Positions 10,502-24,058 of a DNA stretch of 64,000 bases are shown piece by piece. The position numbers and the translations under genes are program-made. The first letter of the stretch is position 1; each line of letters starts with the position of its first letter. This DNA is from Podarcis liolepis. Its lineage: Eukaryota. The DNA is taken from NCBI GenBank assembly GCA_965112155.1, contig OZ218098.1. The stretch is one strand, 5' to 3'. The notes below the pieces were generated by a model. The model did no database searches. It was not told where the DNA came from and saw nothing but the letters and a program-made list of their open reading frames with translations.

Positions 10502-12821
10502 GTAAGGGCAGCCTCCCCTCACTACTTGGGTACCTGGAATCCTCTCTCCACAGGCAACCCTGCCTTCTTCCTTGGTGGGTGGAGAGAACTGTGACTGCCC
10601 CATTACTTGCCAGAACATGGCCTGCTTAGGCTTAACTTGGCTGCCTGTCACATCCTCACTTCCACTCCAGTGACGCAGCCCTGCCTTGTGTCCAGACCTA
10701 TTTCTATGGTCAAGGTCATCACCCCAACTGCTCTCACACAGCTTGAGCCCTCATCCGGTTCTAGGGCTAAGGATTGCTGTCATGCATGTGCATTTGGCCA
10801 TGCTCTGTTCCATGCAGTAATGGGGCAGAGTATCCTGTGGCTACAGCAGCATGCTGTAGTCCCTTTTGTTTGCAGACACTCACTACTGCTGCCATGTTAT
10901 CTGCTAATACTGTACAGGCACATCTATATGTGCACATAAAGCTGGAGGTAGGGGCTTTAGGACCAACAAGTAGAGAAAATCAGTGTAGGTTGTTCTGTTG
11001 GGCATATTTTCTTGGGGTAATCTATTGGTGAGTGAGGGGAAAGCCAGCAGTGGCCCAGAGCCAAAAGTGGAAGGGTCCACCTCTTTTCTCCCCATTCTTT
11101 CTGACACCCCTCCCACCTCTCTCTCACACACCCTCAATTTTCTCTTCCTCTGCCCCCTTCCCCACTGCCCTGCAGGCTGCCAGAAATTGGGTAGATTGCT
11201 CATTACAGAGGGCTGAATTCAGCGCTTGCAGAGGGATTAAAAAAAATGGCCAAAGGCCACATAAAATTAGATCAAGGCCTGCAGCCGGTGGCAATATAGG
11301 GCACAAGTGCCACTGCCAGGTATTTGGCCATCCCTGCCTCACTGGGCCTCATTTCCATGGTACAGCAAGCCGTGTAGAACAATTTGGACACTTTTTACTA
11401 TTGGGAGTTGGAGGAACACTTCCCTGCCAGAGAATCCGTACACAGCTATACCATAAAATCCCACACATCAGAGTAACAACTGATTAACAAAAGTATTTAT
11501 ACCCACCTCAAATTCATATCTAAAAATCATCCTTTAGCTGATCAGGCCTGCTTTAAGCTGTTGTCCCTTTAGTTGGCCATCATTTTTAACGGTGCAAAAA
11601 TGCTACTAGAGTTGGATGAAGTGTTTATTCCCAACTCTCCATCCCAAGCATGCACTCTCTCTCTTACCCACCCACATCAAACTCTTTGTATTTTCCCTCC
11701 CTTTCTGCAAGCTTGCTTCTAACTTCATGATTCAACCCTGTATGCTATATAACCAAAGCATGTTCCCTTGATAGGCTAGACACCTCTTTCAACCTGCCTT
11801 CATTGCCTGCCACCTGAATTTCCCTCTGTAATCTTTAGGTATCCTCTTCCTCCTCCTGCCTCTGCCTGTCTTTTCCATCCCCTCAATCAGTCCTGGGGCT
11901 CATCCTGGATTACCACCAAAAACATACTGGTTGGCAGAACAAGATTTCATGATCCCCATCAGAACCATCAATTTATCAATGGATAATAATACAAAAGGCC
12001 AGAGGGGACAGTTAGACAGTTTATGAACAGGTATGCAAAGCAGACAGATCTATGCACTTACATGCATAGAGAGCTCATGTGATGTAGTACTGAAATGTGG
12101 GAGGTGCATGAGCCTGGATCAAATCCAGTAGCAACAAGCTCTGTAGGGGTAGATTTAGGCAACTGGCAATTTCAACCCACCACCCTCAATATGAGGATAA
12201 TAACACTGGCCTACACTGCAGGGTTGTCTTAGAATTCTTGATATAGCATATGTAAAGTGTTCCAAACGTTCCAGGACTGTATCACATAAATGCTAAATAT
12301 TACTGTTGTATTACATGCTCTCACATGTAGAAGAGGGTAACCCAGTCAGAGTCTTTTGGTCCATATTCAGAATATGGGAAGGAGGTGGGGACAGGGAACC
12401 TAGTTCTCCTGAGATATTATCTCCTTCATAATCTGGCTTCTAAAGCATGGTGCTGTTGACATCACCTCCCTCCTCTTTTGTGAATGTAAGGCACTGATAG
12501 GCAATGTCATTCTCAGGGTCTGAGGGCCAGAACACAGTAATCTGACTGTGGATGACATGCATTTTCATTTTCTCTTTTAGGCTCAAAATGAGCTATCTTC
12601 CACCCCACCTTCTCTTGTAGTTGAAAGCAGCCTTTGCCAACCTAGTGCCCTCCAGTTGTCTTGGGCTACAGCTCCCATCAGCCCCAGGCAGCATAGGCTG
12701 ATGGGAGTTGTAGTTCAGCTCTGTGGTGAGCTGATGTTGATTTTGCCACTTTCACCATTGCAGTGTGTTCTTGGAGGTATGAATTGTTTTCTCCAATGGC
12801 TGTTTCTTTTCCTCCTTCCAG

Positions 12822-13283
12822 GCAGTGAAGAACCACATGCGGACAGAGTGCAAGTGTCATGGACTTTCGGGTTCCTGTGCATTACGCACCTGCTGGAAGA
12901 AGATGCCCCCTTTCCGGGAGGTGGGAGACCGCCTCCTTGAACGCTTTAATGGGGCCTTTAAAGTGATGGGTGGCAACGATGGCAAGACACTCATCCCTGT
13001 GGGACGGAATATCAAGCCCCCGGACCGGCAGGACCTCATCTACTCTGCCGACTCACCTGACTTCTGCGTGGCTAACCGCAAGACGGGTTCGCTGGGCACG
13101 CGTGGACGAGTGTGCAACAGCACCGCCATGGACATGAGTGGCTGCGATCTGCTATGTTGTGGGCGCGGCCACCACGACGAAACACTTCTCTTGGAAGAGA
13201 ACTGCCTTTGCCGCTTCCATTGGTGCTGTGTGGTGCAGTGCCGGAAGTGCACGGTACGCAAGGAGCACAGCTTATGCATTTGA
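12822..13283 (+). CDS. WNT6: Wnt-6, terminal coding exon 4
   Basis: Acceptor ...cctccttccag ending 12821. Encodes AVKNHMRTECKCHGLSGSC (Wnt signature with the acylated Ser), SPDFC, CCGRG, CRFHWCCVVQC; stop TGA at 13281-13283. Confidence 0.97.
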   Translation, partial: AVKNHMRTECKCHGLSGSCALRTCWKKMPPFREVGDRLLERFNGAFKVMGGNDGKTLIPVGRNIKPPDRQDLIYSADSPDFCVANRKTGSLGTRGRVCNSTAMDMSGCDLLCCGRGHHDETLLLEENCLCRFHWCCVVQCRKCTVRKEHSLCI

Positions 13284-13796
13284 GTGGGTACAGAAAGGAC
13301 ACTGGGCAGGGATGGCCCAGAGCATGAGGGCAAGGATGATGCCCAACTTGTCACAGAATCCAAAGACAGGGAGCATAATCAAGCCTGCTATGGGTTTGAG
13401 GGAACATGGATCATTCTGGACTGCCTTGGATCCCCAGAGCATGGAAATGGATTGTTTCTGAAACTTTGGTTCCCTGCAGTTTCCAGCACTTGTTGGTTAT
13501 AACCTCCTCTGTGGCAGGCCCTGCGCCTCCATTACTCATTGACTGGACATACACTCCTGAAGATGGGAGACTGGTGTCACCTGACATTCTCCCATCATCA
13601 TCCTCAGCATCTTGGTCCTATGTGGGTCTCTGACTATAGGCCATGCACAGTTTCCCTGGAGGGAAGTGTTGTGCCTCATTTATTAATGGATCTTTCCTGT
13701 GTTTGAGAGAACAGCAGAGGTTTCCTTGAGCTTGACTGCTCACTCCTGTGGCTTCCTTGCTCCCCTTCAGCTGGGGCTGCTGTTTCTCTCTGCATT

Positions 13797-13802
13797 AATA
13801 AA
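13797..13802 (+). terminator. WNT6: Probable WNT6 polyadenylation signal (AATAAA)
   Basis: First canonical AATAAA I find after the stop codon, ~510 nt downstream. Confidence 0.75.
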
Positions 13803-14428
13803 GCTATTTAAACTAACAGTGTCTTAATCCATTGTTGCAAAAGGAAGTGTTCACAAGCGCACTTAATAAGGATGAGTAATTTAACTAGAAGTTTAAACTA
13901 TTTTCTTGTTCATCCCATAGGCATCTGGTTGCTCCACTGTAAGAATAGGATGTTGGGCTGGTTGGCCTTTGGTCTGAACTAGCAACAGGGTTTTATTATG
14001 TTCTTATCTAATCAGAGCATTTAGAGTGGTATGAAGGTGACTTTGCCTAACATTAATGCATTGCTGTTAAGTGACCTTGGGAGCATGTCCAAGAGTGTTG
14101 AGAGATTATGTCTCTTGCAGGTCAAGAGCTCCTGTGGAGTTAGAGATGCTGGGGTTGAATTGTGATGTATTTGATGTCGAGTTAGGATTTGGACTGATTT
14201 GGTATGAAAGGCATGTCCTATATGTTTTGTAGGTTTGCAACATTGTTCCTTATTTACACTGTCAAAGTCACTTGTGGAAAACCTCTAGCACTTCACTTGT
14301 GCAGACGAACAAGTGAGGCTCCCAGCAGGTAAGTGACATGTGCAGGTAGGTCACACACATTCATCAAGGAGTCTTCATACACAAGAATTCATCAGCCTTT
14401 TTTTAGGTGTGTCAATTTGGGGGAGGTC

Positions 14429-14473
<45 letters not shown>
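14429..14473. repeat. (TAA)15 microsatellite
   Basis: Direct reading of the sequence. Confidence 0.95.
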
Positions 14474-14474
<1 letters not shown>

Positions 14475-17400
14475 TTCATCAATTCTTTCTCTTTTCCCCC
14501 TCCTAAGCTGCCTCGTAAGAATAAATTAATGCCAGAACCCTCATTCTCTTTCATGCATGGAGACACAAAACACAGAATTCTTCCCTAATTAACTTACTGA
14601 TGGCAGTTTGAGGAACCTTTTTCCCACCAGAGGGCGCCAAGGGCTTAATGTAGCATTGCATGTTGCTGAGAAAGCAGCATTCTGGGTTAGACAGCATTGC
14701 TATTGTGAACTTCCAGGTGTGTGTGTCCTAGCAGAGTGGGTCAACATAGTCCAAGAGGGTGCATGGTCTGTTTGCTTTCTCCTGATGCAGCTCCTACTCC
14801 CATCTTAAGGATGAAGCCTCTTTGGACTGATTAGCTGTGCATCAGATTTATGCTGATGGGTCTACCAGGTGCAAAGATTCTACTAATGAGGAAAGGTGTA
14901 GAATCAACCAAAAACTGGAAGCAATAGTATTTGGCCTGGTTTTGATGAGAACAGAAGTGGGATTTGGGGGAGTATTAAGGACCTGTCAGCATGAGGAATT
15001 GTTTCTTGTTAAACTTCCCTTGCAGTTTTGTAATCACTGCCTTTGAGTCGTCTTTCTATGCCTTTTTCTTGATTGCGATCTCCTCTGATGTTGCACTGAC
15101 CCTAGTAGTCATGCAGATTAATCATGCACCTGCATCTGTTACTGGCTTACACACTATGATCTCATGAGAGGTGTGACAGCCTTGGCCTTGGGAACCTTAG
15201 TGCTGGAGGGGAGCAGAGATAAAACTTGGAAGACCTAAGATTCTGAGCGCCAGCATCTATACAATTTATGTCAGTGGAACACAGGCTTCCAAGCAGCATT
15301 TTATCAGTGCATATTGATTGCTCAGCAGCCTCAGATGAAAAAAGATATACCAAATCTATATTTATGCCAATTAAAACTGAAAAAAGTTCCCCCACCAAAG
15401 AAAGAAGCCTAGTATTGTATGGCTTCTGGTCAGGTGGGAAGCTGTGGACATGCAATCACACATGAGGCCATACATGCTGCTTGTTTGCATATAGGCAAAC
15501 ATGCATGCGGGCACATACACACAGACCTCTACTTGCCCTCTGTTGGTTCATTGCTTCCCCCTGTGCTGCAGCTGGGATGTGTAGAGCGGGTAGCTCAGTG
15601 TACCATGACGGGGATAGGAACATCTGATTCTTCCAAAGTGAAGCCATGTGTCAGCCTCACCACAACACAGGCAGATAATGAGAGGTTTCTCCCAGCATGG
15701 CGGGAGCAGCAAAAGGGGTTCCTCTGGGCTTTCTTGCCCCAGGCGTTACTAGAGGGTTCATTGCAGGTCACAATGGAACTTCCCTGCTATCATCATCATC
15801 ATCTGGCTTGAATTGTGGTTTTCAAACTGCTCCCTGACACTGGGCAGGAAGGTGCACACAGAAGCAGCAGTCAGCTGGGTTTAGGGTGGGGTTTTCTTTT
15901 TGTAGGATCTTCCCCCCACCTAGAAGTATTCAGTCTGCCCTTTTCCAGTTGCTGGGAATTGCAAGGGAGGAGCATGTTTTTGCACTCAGGCGCTGCTTGT
16001 AGGCAACTGGTTGGCCATGGTGAGAAATGGATGGTGAATTAGATGGCCCTTTGGCTTTATCCAGCAGGGCTTTTTTTGTTTTGTTTTGTTATTACCGCTC
16101 TAAGTCTCTCCCAGACTCTCATGCCTGTAGTTCCAAGAGCAAGGGTCTCCTTGCTGTGCTGTGTGTATCGCTGAATTTCCCTTTTCCTACAATGGGTTTC
16201 AGTTATCACATATGACCTTACTTACAAATACGATAAAAACCATATAAGATGCAAATAACGCAGCAACAGACTCAAATACAATGCTGTCTTGCCTTGCCAT
16301 TCAGACACAAATTCTGCCTTCATCTATCACTCCACCAACCATGTTGCCCCCTTAAATGGGTCTTTTCAGCTTCCTGTATCATAGGACCAGACCTGCTTGT
16401 AGCTTGCCTCAGTTTCCTGCCCCCCATTCCACCCCTCCCCTCCCCAGCTTCAGTTCAGTTCCTGGTGCTATTGAATTTCAAGTCTCTCCTCCCACATGAC
16501 TTCCCTCCAAGAATCCTGGGAAATGTAGTTTCTTAGAGGTGCTGGGAGTTGTAGCTTTGTGAGGTGCAAACCACAGTTCCCAGGACCCTTTGCGGGGAAG
16601 TAATATACTTTAAATGTATGGTGTGTACTGCAAAATCCCCACCTGAAATTAAAGTCCCTCAGCTTCTTTGTTGCAGAGTTCTTAGGGTTTTTAGGCACAT
16701 CACCAATTTCAGAAGACGGGGAAATGTAATTATTGCGGATTGTTTCTCAATACGTTCTACTGAGAGTAGACCCATTGAAAATAATGTGCATAAGTTCATT
16801 AAGTCAGGGTCTACTCTGAGTATGGCTAATGTTGGATACAAACCAGCATTCAGAAGACAGAGAAATACAGAATTACGTCAAACATGACCCTGTACGGTTG
16901 CGGCTTCGTGTTTTGTCCCGCCTTAAGTTCAAGTTTATATGATTTTTTAACCATAGGTCATTACAAACCTAATTGCACAGTATAAAACTGTATTAAAACA
17001 ATATAAATGGTGAAAATACTGAAATAGTAAACCAAATAATCAAATTAGGATAATGACAAGTGTCACCATGACGGATCCCAGTGTTAATTTTAGTTTCTGC
17101 ACTGCCACAGCAAATAAAGAAACTGGGCGGGTGACAGACGTGTTTCTTTTGATCTCTCAGTAAAGGACAATTTTTGTTCAGCTCATTCCCAAGGCTATAA
17201 ACTGGGACACCGGAACAAAAAATTTGGTGTTCTGGAATGTACGAATGAAACACCTCCATGAAAAATATCCTCCACACAAACATTGGTTAACTGAAAGCTT
17301 GCCGTAACATCCCTCCAATGTCTGAAAATCTTGGAGCCATAACAAAGGCTATAATAATAAAGAAAGAGCAGTGCTGGATTTAGGGTGGTGCAGGCAGTAC

Positions 17401-20400
17401 CCCTGCACAGGGCACAAAGCTGAGGGGGTGCAAAATGGATAAGATCAATAACTGAGAAGATCCATTTGGGGGCATCAAATTTTGGCCTCACACAGGGCAC
17501 CATATTATGAAATATTACCAAAGGCCGTCGCTGAAGAAAGGTATCACAATATTGGACCCTTTTGTATATGGAAAAATAATAATGATTCATCTTCATGCCC
17601 TGATGAATGCTGTAATTGTTAATTCTTCTTTTTAACCAAAATTTTAGTATGCCTTGCCTCTGTTTCTACTTAAGGAAGTAAATCTAGGCCATCCTGCTGA
17701 TCTAAGCTTACACACTGCTGCACTCAGTTCACATTAACTTTTTTTTCCTAGCTAGAAAGAATGTGGGTTCTTCATAAGGCAGGGCTTAAGCCAATGCAGA
17801 ATGAGGGTTTCATTAGCAGATCTTAAAGCCTATTACTGTTCGCAGTTGAGCTACTGGAATGCCTTGAGGCAGAGCAAGGTATGATCGCCAAATTTTTTTT
17901 TGAAGGCTTTCAAGGGAACTAATGCTTTCACGTCCCCACACCTAGAGTTGACAGAGCTATGGCATCATCTTTCTTATGAATATATTCAGTGCCGGAATTA
18001 CTAAGTTTCCACCTGTTCCACAGGTAAAGTTCCACATTGCTTAAGAAGTTTTGAAAGTTTTAAATTTAACAATGTGCTGGGGTAGCCAGGAGCATTTTCC
18101 AGGGAAAGTATATCCAGAAATGTAAAGGTTTTGACCTGTTCAATTACATGCCCATCCATAGTCTGTCTGTACCTGGGGCAGGGGTTGTGGTTGTATTTTA
18201 CGAAACACTACAACTTTTGCTTTGGAATAAATTATTAGTAATTCCTTGCAGAAACTTTGAACATCTCTCATTAGCCTTCTCAAGTTTATCTATGTATGTG
18301 AAACCAAAACCATATTGTCAACATGCATTAAAATAATCAACTATGTTCTAAAATGGAGACTAGGAAATATTTCACCTCCTTCCTGTTCACTTATTATTAC
18401 ATAAACCCTAAACAAAAATGAGAACTGGCAAACAGTCTTGGTATACATCTCTTTCAGTAGGTATTTTATCAGAATTGAATTTCCTTCTCTTTCTACTGGA
18501 ATAGCCAAACTGGAACAGGTTGCCAGGAACAACCACAGTGAGTGACAACAGAAGAATCACCAACAGCTTAAGTGCTTCCTCTCTCCCCACCTGTAGAACA
18601 TTGAAAAAGTACCACCAGAATCAGCAGTGTCAGCTGTACTAAACATGGAAACAGCATAATGCATGTGAGTAACTTGCGAACAATACATGTTAATGAGAGA
18701 GAGCAATATTGCTCCAAGCAACATCACAGCCAGACACTCAACACCATAAGGCCACAAGTGAGCGAAATAGTGAGGCCAGGTTCATGCCTTCATTCAGCAA
18801 CGTACAAAGACAGAACCACATGTCCCTACAATGAACATATTTACCGGTAGTTAGGCAGTGATGCAGAATGGGAGGCACATCCAACATTGTAGTGCCACAA
18901 AAAGCTGCCAAGTTACTTAGGCACACCAGTCCTCTGTGAATTAGCTACTTTAAGGGAAGAGATTGTAATGGAGTCTGGGGATGGAGAGAAAGACCTGCTG
19001 CTCGAGTGACTGTGAAATCATCTCTTTGGCTCTAGTAAAACAGCAGCAGGAAGGGGATACCTTCACTTGGATCCAATTATGTCATTAAGGTTTGGAGACA
19101 GATCAAAGCACTTCCCTTCATATTTGACTGGAAATTGATGTGTGTATTTAGGATCCCCACAAGCATCTGCACTTCTCAAAGCAGCTGTTGTGGTCTCCCA
19201 CTGGCAGGGGAAGTTGTGGGCCTAACCAGGTAGTGTGGTCCTCAGGTGGGAGTTGGTACCAAGCAGGGAGGTGACTGACACTGAAGACTGTGGAGAGACT
19301 AAGTGGTTTCTACAACAAGTATGGGTGATGGAGGAGGAGAAAATGCCAAAAAACAAATTTAGTTTGAAGAATCACACTTTCCTAGCAATTTTGTTTTAGT
19401 GGAAATTCCCTGAAATGTGATTTTTTAAAAAGGCTATTAATAGAAGAAGAATAAATATAATCTGTTTATTAATTTTGTTCAAGATCAAACCAGTTTTTAA
19501 TTAATAACGTATGGGCCTTGTGAATAAACTAGCAATTAAACCCCCCCCCCTGCTTCAGGTGTTCAGTTTGGGGGTATCAAAATGCTCATCTGCATAGGCA
19601 TATGTCTGTGTACCAAAAATGTGACCAACACATGTTCTGCAACCCCCTCAGCTCCAAAAAACAACAACACACATTTCACTTCGAAAGGTGTATTTCATCC
19701 AGAGATTTTCTACTGGAAACGATAGGCCCCCAGTGTGCCACACATAATCTGAGGAAGAAACTCAGGTGAATGTCCGAGTTACCTGTTGCAGCTTATGTAG
19801 CTACAAACACATTATGGCTCAAATAATATTCAAATGGTGTCTCATAAAGTTCAATCTCTGAAGTGAAACAATTCTGGGCCTAGCCAGGGCAGGGGTGTTG
19901 CATTCCATTTCACTGCCTGAGGTGTAACAGGAACGTGACACGCCACTGCAGCCTCCCTGACCTGGGTTGCGAAGGGACAGCGAGTTCTGGCAAGATCTCG
20001 TGAAATCTATCCAGAATCTCTTGAGATCTCATGTAAGATCTCACAAAGTCTTGAAAATCTCTCGTAAGATTTCAGAAGCCAGTGCTGCTGTCAGCAGAGG
20101 CAGCAGGGCGGGCAAGGGCGGGCAACTGCCTCACCCTGCCTCACAGATTAGACAGCCCTGCTCCATTGGGAGAACTGTCCTTGTTCCTACTCTCTGCTTC
20201 CTCTTGACCAAATTCCTGATCCACAAGAGGACCTGGGCTCTTTTTCCTTTCTCAGGACTCTCTGGAGGAGGGGGAATGCGTTTTAAATGTATGGTGAGTC
20301 TGCAGCCACCACCTCCTATCTCCTCCCACCTACCTCCAGCCTGAATTCGTGTCACAGTGAAAGAAGCTTCCTACAGGCCAGACTGAGAGGGATTGAAGAG

Positions 20401-20835
20401 GGTGAGGCCTAATTTTCAGCTTTCATTGCTCCCAAGGAGACAAAGACTAGTACTTTATCTGGGACATGGCAGATTGGCACTTAAAGGGGTGTTGTTCTCA
20501 ATGGAATGAACTCAAGACTTTCCTCTTAATTCCACTGTTGATTGTTTATCCTGCCCAACCCCATCTCTATGGAAGGAGATCAGATTAGAAAGTCTCTGGT
20601 GAGTCTGGAAGAAAATCCAGCACTTTCTGTGATTCAGCTGCCAGTGCTGTTGAGTAAGGCCCCTTTATTGCTAAGGTTTTATCAGGGATCTCGAGACCCT
20701 TGAAAGGCATTAAGGGCCTAATATGCAAATCTCTGTTGCCCTAAACCGTTGCCTTGTAACTAGAAGGCTGATATTGAAAGGTGACTTCTCCTGGGTCACC
20801 TTGATCACTACTTCACTGAAACTGTGTATATAAAT

Positions 20836-20968
20836 CGAAGATGGGGAACTTGTGGCCATCCAGTTATTACTGGACTCCCAGCTTCCATCAGCATAGCCAA
20901 TATAGGCCCATGGGATTCTGGGAGTTGTAGTCCAGAACACCTGGAGGGCAACCAGTTTCCTATCGCTG
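20836..20968. mobile_element. hAT (Charlie-like) foldback MITE
   Basis: Degenerate TIRs with a perfect 8-bp TSD ATATAAAT (20828-20835, 20969-20976). Related copies lie near 12650-12725, 38397-38527 and 56190-56326. Confidence 0.7.
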
Positions 20969-21202
20969 ATATAAATGTTGCTTTACCTTCTGATGGAAAG
21001 GCCAAGCCTCCTCAAAACTGTCAACAATAAGGAGTTTAAAATCTTTCATTAGTCTCTGGCGTTTAGTTGATGAATTACATTTTAGGGCAATTATATATTG
21101 CAAAAGAGCTGTGGCTTAGTGGTTCAGTCCCTGGCATCTCCAGGTTGGGCTGGGAAAGATTATTGTCTGAAACCCTGGAGAGCTTCTGCCAGTGAGCCAT
21201 AA

Positions 21203-21265
<63 letters not shown>
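21203..21265. repeat. (AAT)21 microsatellite, next to a SINE remnant (~21104-21196)
   Basis: Direct reading of the sequence. Confidence 0.95.
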
Positions 21266-22504
21266 TTCAGATTGAATGTTATGCAGTGGGCTTCCTGAGG
21301 TATGCTGGTTTGGAGCAACAGGTGGAAGAGATGAAGTAATGCTTCTATGTTTGCTGCCTCCTGGGCTCCTTTGTAGAGCCTGCTTTTGTTGGCTTACAAC
21401 AAGAGAACTAAAAAAGGGGTTGAGATTCTGCTAGTTAAACCAAGTAGGCACTGCAGATGCTTTTCATCTAGCATAGTCATTGGGCCTTGCCATATTAGAA
21501 ATAGAAGGATGTCAAAGTTTTACCAGAGGGGCTGGATATTTGAAGATATTTTAGTCTTTATTAGGTATAGCAAGAGCGAGCTTGAAATTTAGGGGGAGGG
21601 CTGTGGCTCAGTGGTACAGAATCTGCTTTGCTCCAAAGTCATGCTTGCTTAAGACGAGATGTCTTAAGCGAAATGTTTTGTGTATGCAAGGGCTTTGCTG
21701 TCAGCATGAGAGGCTTCCGTCAACATAGTGATGTTTCTTGGTGTCTGTATAGTATGTTCTGTTTCCACAGATTGATAGAATCATGTATCCGGAAGAGTTC
21801 CTATGGGTCATACCCAGCAAATTCCTTAAATTTAAATGACACCCAGCAGCCAATCACCCATTTTCTCTTGAAAACCTCCAGATAAAGAGATTCTATAATT
21901 TCCTTGGAGACAAATATTCAGTGGTTATTTCTCTGAGGGTCCCACGTAGAGAGATTAAGCTGCTTCCTGAAGGAAGCCAATCCATCAACACAGGGTTGAC
22001 GGATTGTTTTAAAAATCCACTAGGCAGAATTGCAGGCTTGTGGTTATTCTCTAAAACGAGGGCATCCTTGGCAGATTAGCATCTGCCTGCATAAGGGTCA
22101 AATGTAGAGTTATAAGGTTATAGCCCAGTCATAGCCCCAAGTAATAACAGTTCCCATCTCGACTACAGAAAAACATGGATCTTTGCCTAGGTGGAAAAAT
22201 GCAGAGCCAGCTACTGTCATGGTGCACCACATTTGAACACCCAGCACAGGCCATTTATACAAAGGCTGTGATTATAGAGAGGAAAGGGATTATTTGAACA
22301 CCTGTAAATAGCAGAGGAAAACCCCACTGCCATTCCGGATGATTCTAGATAAACCCCACAATCCCATATCCACTGTGGTCCAAAGCGCTTAAGGATCCTC
22401 CATTCCAGAGAACTCCCCAACCTCGTGGAATTTATCATGCTTGGGTCATGAGATTCCCAATGAAGAAAAATCCCACCCAGAAAATAAAAGCCTCTTAGCC
22501 TAAC

Positions 22505-22684
22505 TAGGGTTGCTAGAAATTTCCCAGACATACATGGAATACTGTATCTGGAAGCAGTGTCCTGGCAGAAATTGGCTAATTTTTGCTGATCTTCCTAAAA
22601 AATGGCCAAATTCTTTGTGATTTTGCAAAAAAGGTAAACAACTTTTCTGTCCAGATGTTCACTTTTTGAAATATGGCAACCCTA
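22505..22684. mobile_element. hAT (Tip100-like) MITE inserted into a SINE remnant
   Basis: TIRs TAGGGTTGCTA / TGGCAACCCTA and perfect 8-bp TSD AGCCTAAC (22497-22504, 22685-22692). The host SINE 3' part continues to ~22790. Confidence 0.85.
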
Positions 22685-23317
22685 AGCCTAACCTACCTCA
22701 TAGGGGCATTATGGGTAGTCTGTGAAGAGCTACAAAGCCACCTTGAGTTCCTTGGAGGAAAAGGTGGGCTATAAATGAAATAAATAAATGCTCTGATTCG
22801 GACCAAGGCAACTTCCTACATTTGTCATAATAAATAACAAGATAAAAAAAATCTTTTTAAAAATAATTTGTTATTAATTTTTAATAATTCCAGTTATTAT
22901 TCAATCAATTCCTACATTTGATTCTTCCTGATGTTTTCATAACAGGATGCCCAGAGCCTCAACACATTCGTCATCAGAGTTAGAGGTATAAAAGGAACTG
23001 AGCAAAGCAGAGCACTGGCTTCCTACTTGAAGCGCCAACCTTTTGTAACGCAGCCCAATCTTTGCCTTTTTCTTTCACCTTTTCTTATGCAAGAGCCTCA
23101 CAGTTGCTGGCTCGTGTTCAGGTTGTGGTTAAAAGAAACTCAGTGCTGCTGCCTCGCCAGGTTTCTCTCCTTTTGTAGTTAAGTACCTGATTTGTCTTTG
23201 CAAAAGTTTATCTTAATGTGCTAATCCTTAAAAAGTTTTATCGAAATCATCCCGAGTTTCAACTGAATCCTCCCAATGTTCTCACTGCTGCATAGCTCTG
23301 TAACAATTTCCAGAGGG

Positions 23318-23422
23318 GGTAGCCGGGTTGCTGTGTAGTCCAACAGAAACAACAAAGAGTCTTGTGGCACCTTAAAAACAAACACATTCCTTATGGTAAA
23401 AAAGCATTCTGTGGACTACAGT
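23318..23422 (-). mobile_element. Old Penelope-like remnant
   Basis: GGTAGCCGGGTTG...AAAGAGTCTTGTGGCACCTTAAA... parallels the left arm of 59129-59237. Confidence 0.55.
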
Positions 23423-23585
23423 TAGCACTGACTTAATTTCTGAAACTATGTTAGGTAATTTGATGGAAAGCGTCAAAAGTACTAGAGCCAGGTAGGCAGA
23501 TATTTGCAGAATGCTCACGAGTCAGTGCACTGTACAAGCTAGCAGTTTCAGCTGAGGACTGCACTGCCAGGCCCTTTGGCAAGAC

Positions 23586-24058
23586 CAGGGCTGGCCCTAC
23601 CATTAGGCAAAATGAGATGCATGCCTTAGGTGGCGGATGATGGGGGGTAGTAGGGGAAGCATATTGGCTGTTTCTCTCCCCCCTCCCCCCGGCACTCTTT
23701 TGGAAGACAGAATTACATTTGTTGTACAGCCTATCCTGTCTACCCGGGAACCAGCCTGCTGCCTCAGGATGCTATTCCATCATCAGAGTGGAAGGCAAAT
23801 TCAATTTTCACTCTAGCAGGGGCGTTCCCAGAAGTTGGTGAAGTTGGCCCAAGAGGGTGCAAAAATTGTGAAGAAAGACAGAGAGAGACAGTGATTGCCA
23901 GGGGCACAAGGATATGGGGCAGGGATACAGCTCCTTGCCAAGGGTACAAGAGAGCCTAGGTACACCTCTGCACTCCGGTCAGCTTCTGTACCTGGAATAG
24001 GCAGGAGGCACCATCTTGTCTTTCGTCTCAGATAGAAAAATGTCTTGGGCTGGCCCTG
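23586..24058. mobile_element. hAT-type non-autonomous element
   Basis: Termini CAGGGCTGGCCC / GGGCTGGCCCTG; flanks GGCAAGAC and ATCAAGAC (6/8). Related to 44558-44757. Confidence 0.65.

Noticed and set aside
14340-14588. ORFs with poly-Asn or poly-Leu
   Set aside because: They are translations of the (TAA)15 microsatellite.
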